The translations under genes and the position numbers were made by a program. 64,000 nt of DNA, taken from NCBI GenBank assembly GCA_963701665.1, contig OY969622.1:1088001-1152000 (forward strand), read 5' to 3'. Source of the stretch: Candidatus Babeliales bacterium (lineage in GTDB: Bacteria > Babelota > Babeliae > Babelales > JANWKD01). The notes beneath the pieces are model-generated. The model had not been told where the DNA came from. It ran no database searches and worked only from the letters and a program-made list of their open reading frames with translations. Positions 60,011 to 64,000 of the stretch are shown piece after piece. Position 1 is the stretch's first letter. The number at the start of each line of letters is the position of its first letter.

Positions 60011-60712
60011 ATGAAAGCAGAATTTGATCGCTATATTAAAGATTTTCGCAAAAATCACGATAGAGAGATGAGCCTCGTCGGCGAATCAAGTGCTTTGATG
60101 GCTGAATTCAAAGTCATCAAACTCAAAGAATGGATCCCTCATCACATGCATAATGCAAAAAAAGTGTTTGATTTCGGCTGTGGTGATGGGCTCATGACAG
60201 CATTTATGAAGCAGTATTTTCCTAAAGCTGAAATGCTTGGCGTAGATCCTTCGAGCGCAAGCATAAAAATCGCACAAGAAACATATCCTGAGATTCATTT
60301 TTCTGTTAATTACGTTGAAAAATGTGATTTGGAATTTGAAAATAGTAGTTTCGATGTCAGCATCGCGGCGGGAGCTTTTCACCATATACCTTTTAAGAAC
60401 CATGACGGCTATATGAAAGAGATTTTTCGCACCTTGAAACCAAATGGCACCTTTGTACTCTTTGAATTGAATCCTTATAATCCTGGCACACAATTTATTT
60501 TTCGCCGAAGTCCCGTTGAAGTAAACGCCAAAATGTTAACACCTCGTTATGCAACAAATTTATTAAAGAAATATTGTAATGCTAACGATAAAATTACCCG
60601 CAAATATTATTTCTTTTTTCCTCATTTCTTGCGATTTCTAAGACCTCTGGAAAAATACCTTGCTTCATGTTTTCTTGGCGGTCTTTATGCCATCATTGTT
60701 GAAAGAAAATAA
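60011..60712 (+). CDS. Class I SAM-dependent methyltransferase, paralog of 57575-58282
   Basis: VFDFGCGDG, GAFHHIP, FELNPYNP; GAGGA RBS. Confidence 0.88.
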   Translation: MKAEFDRYIKDFRKNHDREMSLVGESSALMAEFKVIKLKEWIPHHMHNAKKVFDFGCGDGLMTAFMKQYFPKAEMLGVDPSSASIKIAQETYPEIHFSVNYVEKCDLEFENSSFDVSIAAGAFHHIPFKNHDGYMKEIFRTLKPNGTFVLFELNPYNPGTQFIFRRSPVEVNAKMLTPRYATNLLKKYCNANDKITRKYYFFFPHFLRFLRPLEKYLASCFLGGLYAIIVERK

Positions 60713-60724
60713 TTCGTACGTGAG

Positions 60725-61447
60725 TTAGTTATTCGATGCGCCAAATACCTTTTGAGCCAATTCTTTTCTAACAAAAAGAACATCACCAAAAGTAATGTGA
60801 TGCGTTACTTGATAGAGAGCTACAAATCCTTGATCTTCCATCCATTTTCTGAATTCATCACAATGAAGCGCATCTTTATAGAGATAGGTATAACTAACTT
60901 CAGCATAAACCGCTTTTACGGTACTCAACATTTTGGGTGAACTTTTCAGAACTTTTGCTTCCATACCCTGCAAATCAAACCAGAGTAAATCGATATGATC
61001 TATATTCATTTCTTCTGCCCAAGCATCAAGCGTGGTTGTTTCAACAATGATCTTGTTCTCAAAAGTGATATGAGGAAAATAATAACCCAAAAACTCATGG
61101 GGTTCTAACAATGAACTTGATTGATCTCCACCGCCACCACTAACATACATTAATGCGTGGCCAACTTTATCACTGAGCGCTTTTTGAAAGCAATGTATAT
61201 TTTTTTTAGTACACGTATTTACATTCAGTTGTTTAAAAATGTCGGGGACTGGTTCAAAAGCAAAAATAGTCGCTTCTGGCCATACATTAATCATCTCACA
61301 TGAATCTAGACCATTATATGCGCCAGCATCGACGATTATTGGGTTTTGCGGCAAAAAAGGGATAATTAAATCTTTAGGTAAATTTTCCGCATGTATACCT
61401 GCTGCATGAAACATTATTACAGAAAAAATAAACAATAGCTTTTTCAC
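60725..61447 (-). CDS. FkbM family methyltransferase with signal peptide
   Basis: VDAGAYNG, FAFEP, TTLD, IDLLWFDLQGME; signal ending IHA. Confidence 0.88.
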   Translation of the reverse strand: MKKLLFIFSVIMFHAAGIHAENLPKDLIIPFLPQNPIIVDAGAYNGLDSCEMINVWPEATIFAFEPVPDIFKQLNVNTCTKKNIHCFQKALSDKVGHALMYVSGGGGDQSSSLLEPHEFLGYYFPHITFENKIIVETTTLDAWAEEMNIDHIDLLWFDLQGMEAKVLKSSPKMLSTVKAVYAEVSYTYLYKDALHCDEFRKWMEDQGFVALYQVTHHITFGDVLFVRKELAQKVFGASNN

Positions 61448-61498
61448 TGTTTTCCTTTTTATTTTGGATGAGTTTGTGCCTATAATGGAAAATTTTTT

Positions 61499-62236
61499 TC
61501 AATAAATCAATGCAACCACGGTCATTTGCCGCTCGGCATTTTTTGATCTGCGAAATGAACAAAACGAGGGCATACATAAGGTGCACGCGTTATAAGCAAC
61601 ATTGCACGCGTTCTTTTTGATGCCGAGTACCTCAAGTTGCAAACGATTTAATGCAGCGACATCAAGCATCAAACGAGTGTCACGCTGTTGTATAACCTCG
61701 TCCTTAAAAGGAAATTTCTCAAAATGAGGCAGAATATCTTCTTTAATCTCATAACAACATGCTTTGCCCGAAGGGCCGAAGAAGAACTGTAACTGATCAA
61801 GTTTTGAACCAAAATTATTACACATCGCTTCAACAGCGCGTACAACTATTTCTTGTGCGCTGCCTCGCCAACCTGCATGCACATTAGCAATGACTTTGTT
61901 TGCTTCATCATAAATAACAATCGGCAAGCAATCTGCTGTTGCAATACCCAATCCAATATGCGGGAGTGCCGTAATCAAAAAATCTCCATCACTAAAAAAT
62001 AGATTTTCATGTTTTATTTGATCAGATGAAGAGACGACAACACCATGATTGCCATGCACTTGATGCAAAAATGTTACGTGCTCAAGCTGCATCATATGTT
62101 TAAGTTCATTAAAAGGCTCGTTACTCAAAATATTTTGTCTAACGCTTTGTTGTGCAACTTCATCAGGAATAAACTTCGTCCGGGCATTACCAAAATAAAT
62201 AGTAAAAGAAGAATTTTTATACAACATTTGTTTCAT
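61499..62236 (-). CDS. pgeF: PgeF/YfiH family peptidoglycan editing factor
   Basis: HQVHG, DFLIT, ATADCLPI, VHAGWRG, CCYEI, SFRR. Confidence 0.9.
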   Translation of the reverse strand: MKQMLYKNSSFTIYFGNARTKFIPDEVAQQSVRQNILSNEPFNELKHMMQLEHVTFLHQVHGNHGVVVSSSDQIKHENLFFSDGDFLITALPHIGLGIATADCLPIVIYDEANKVIANVHAGWRGSAQEIVVRAVEAMCNNFGSKLDQLQFFFGPSGKACCYEIKEDILPHFEKFPFKDEVIQQRDTRLMLDVAALNRLQLEVLGIKKNACNVAYNACTLCMPSFCSFRRSKNAERQMTVVALIY

Positions 62237-62326
62237 TTTTTTGTGCGCTTAAAACCAACTAATCTTGCATTTGAACAAAGCAGCAGCATACACTTAGAAT
62301 ATCATGGGTTAAAAAAAGGGAAACAT

Positions 62327-63265
62327 ATGAAGAATTCATTTGACCAAAAAATTTTAGAGCAACTTGAAAAATTAGGGCAGCAGATTTCAGACTATGGAAA
62401 TCGTATCAATAAATTAGAAACTACAGAAAGCCCTGCTCATGATAAGGTTGAGGATCATCAAAAAAAATCATCTTCATTTTATTCCCGCTCACTGCTCAAC
62501 TATAGTACGCTTTTGTTATTGAGCGTTATCTCGCTTGGCATTGGTTATTGGTTCTTACGGTTATCGTGGCATTCAACCATCTATCAACTCGCTATGCTTG
62601 CCTATTCGACGGCAGTCATCATTGGCGGCATTATCAAGAGCAATAAGTCAGTACGCGTTCTTGGGTATTTTTTATATATGTGCACACTCTTTTTGAGTGC
62701 TGTGTCATATAAATGCAATCATTTATTGCACCCTCACACGAGTTTCTCGTTGCACGCGCTTTTTGCAGGAATTTTCATTTCACTCGTATCACTCATATGC
62801 ACGCGACGTTATTATCAGAGTAATTGTTCACCACGCGAAGCACGTTGGCTAAAAAAAATTCTTATATTTTTGCTAACATCGCTCGTTTTTGTATGGGGCG
62901 CAGCAACGATTATTTTATGTTTTGATGAACTTTCAGCGCAACCATCGTTTTTCATGAAGCCATTTATCGAACATTCACGCGCCTATGATACCTTGATACG
63001 CACAAACACAACACAATTTCTTTTAACCCTTTATTATATGCTCTTTGCCTTTGCAACCTTTATGCTCGGCATTCGCTATAAATTCTGGATGCTAAGAATC
63101 TTTGGCCTCTTTACAGCCGCACTTTCCTTATATAGTACGTTCTTGCTTATGACCTGTGTACGCAATGCAGGCTATATAGCACTTGCACTCTGTTTGGGAA
63201 CCGTTTTAGTAGTGATGGGATATTTATATGCCAGAAAGCATAACTATGGAAAATTATTTAGTTAG
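62327..63265 (+). CDS. Polytopic membrane protein (DUF2339-like architecture)
   Basis: AAGGG RBS before ATG 62327; N-terminal coiled coil then multiple TMs; the longer ORF call overlaps pgeF. Confidence 0.6.
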   Translation: MKNSFDQKILEQLEKLGQQISDYGNRINKLETTESPAHDKVEDHQKKSSSFYSRSLLNYSTLLLLSVISLGIGYWFLRLSWHSTIYQLAMLAYSTAVIIGGIIKSNKSVRVLGYFLYMCTLFLSAVSYKCNHLLHPHTSFSLHALFAGIFISLVSLICTRRYYQSNCSPREARWLKKILIFLLTSLVFVWGAATIILCFDELSAQPSFFMKPFIEHSRAYDTLIRTNTTQFLLTLYYMLFAFATFMLGIRYKFWMLRIFGLFTAALSLYSTFLLMTCVRNAGYIALALCLGTVLVVMGYLYARKHNYGKLFS

Positions 63266-63413
63266 CAATGCCAGCCCAAGTCTTCGCTTATCCACGCCTT
63301 CCGGCTTGGCAAGCTTCGACGGGCAATCTACGCTGTCATTTCCTTAAAGAAAATTGGCGGAGCCAATCGTAGCCAAGTAATACATCGAAGTTTTTCCCCT
63401 CGAAGGCGTAGAT

Positions 63414-63490
<77 letters not shown>

Positions 63491-63640
63491 GCAAATTTTT
63501 AATTTCTAAGTATTTAGATAAGTATTTATGATTCTAACTTGTTTCGCGTGATTGTCAACGTAAAAAGGCTTTCAGGAAATATTTTACGCAAATTCGGTAT
63601 ATTAAATTTAGCCGCGCAAGGTAACATTGAAAACAAAATT

Positions 63641-63757
63641 GTCATTGCGAACCTACGAAGCCTTGGCGAAGTAGGTGTGGCAACCCAGCTTATAAAATTA
63701 GTTCCTTTAAGGAATTATTAAAGTTCTGGGTCCCCACGGCTAAAGCCTCGGGAAGAC
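63641..63757. repeat. Palindromic intergenic repeat, copy D (module at 63652-63675)
   Basis: GTCATTGCGA[CCTACGAAGCCTTGGCGAAGTAGG]..GTGGCAACCCAG..CTGGGTCCCCACGGCTAAAGCCTCGGGAAGAC. Confidence 0.85.
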
Positions 63758-63777
63758 ATTCTTGCTGATTGTATCAT

Positions 63778-64000
63778 TTATAATAAATTCGCATTATTTT
63801 TAACCCGTTCAATGACCACAAAGGCGGTAGCCTGTTCATCAGTGTGGGTCAGGGAGAGATGGGCCCTTATATTTTTGCATTTTTGTTGCCATTCGTGCCC
63901 TATTAATGCTTCCCAATGTATCGCTAAATACGCTTTTTTATCAGTAATGTCATGGCACACTGACACGTGTCTCAAAATGGCATAGACCGGTTTTTGAAAA
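63778..64000 (-). CDS. acpS: Holo-ACP synthase, C-terminal part (partial)
   Basis: HLSLTHTDEQATAFVVIE C-terminal motif; the frame runs off the window. Confidence 0.7.
   Translation of the reverse strand, partial: FQKPVYAILRHVSVCHDITDKKAYLAIHWEALIGHEWQQKCKNIRAHLSLTHTDEQATAFVVIERVKNNANLL

Noticed and set aside
62045..62326. N-terminal extension of the 406-aa ORF call
   Set aside because: Overlaps pgeF on the opposite strand; ATG 62327 has a good RBS
63539..63721. 60-aa ORF across repeat D
   Set aside because: Reads through the repeat (VIANLRSLGEVG); likely spurious

Overview
AT-rich bacterial chromosome segment. The gene repertoire (ankyrin, BTB/WD40 and protease-like proteins with signal peptides, interspersed with rpsA, ndk, efp, nusB, murI, tkt, acpS and tRNA-fMet) suggests a protist-associated intracellular bacterium, most plausibly Dependentiae/TM6 (inference). 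Bases 1-31 kb mix housekeeping genes with putative secreted effectors. Bases 31-61.5 kb form a large glycan island with three parts. (i) A signal-peptide-free plus-strand operon: AsnB-like, GT4, Wzx-GT4 fusion, methyltransferases. (ii) Minus-strand enzymes that unexpectedly carry N-terminal signal peptides: GDP-mannose dehydratase, sulfotransferase, a split STELLO-like system, exostosin-like/methyltransferase fusions, FkbM. (iii) GtrB-like GT2s beside three GT-C-like paralogs. Other highlights: a 34-aa, 9-Cys metallothionein-like ORF missed by the ORF track; a palindromic intergenic repeat family carrying nested 24-30 bp modules; an AAA/DUF4143 gene flanked by a 17-bp direct repeat; ankyrin proteins with SOCS-box-like N-termini and an HMA-like insert; Josephin-like and C80-like protease motifs; and a MurI lacking its second catalytic Cys. 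All family calls come from motif recognition by eye; no searches were run. No CRISPR array, rRNA or transposase was seen.
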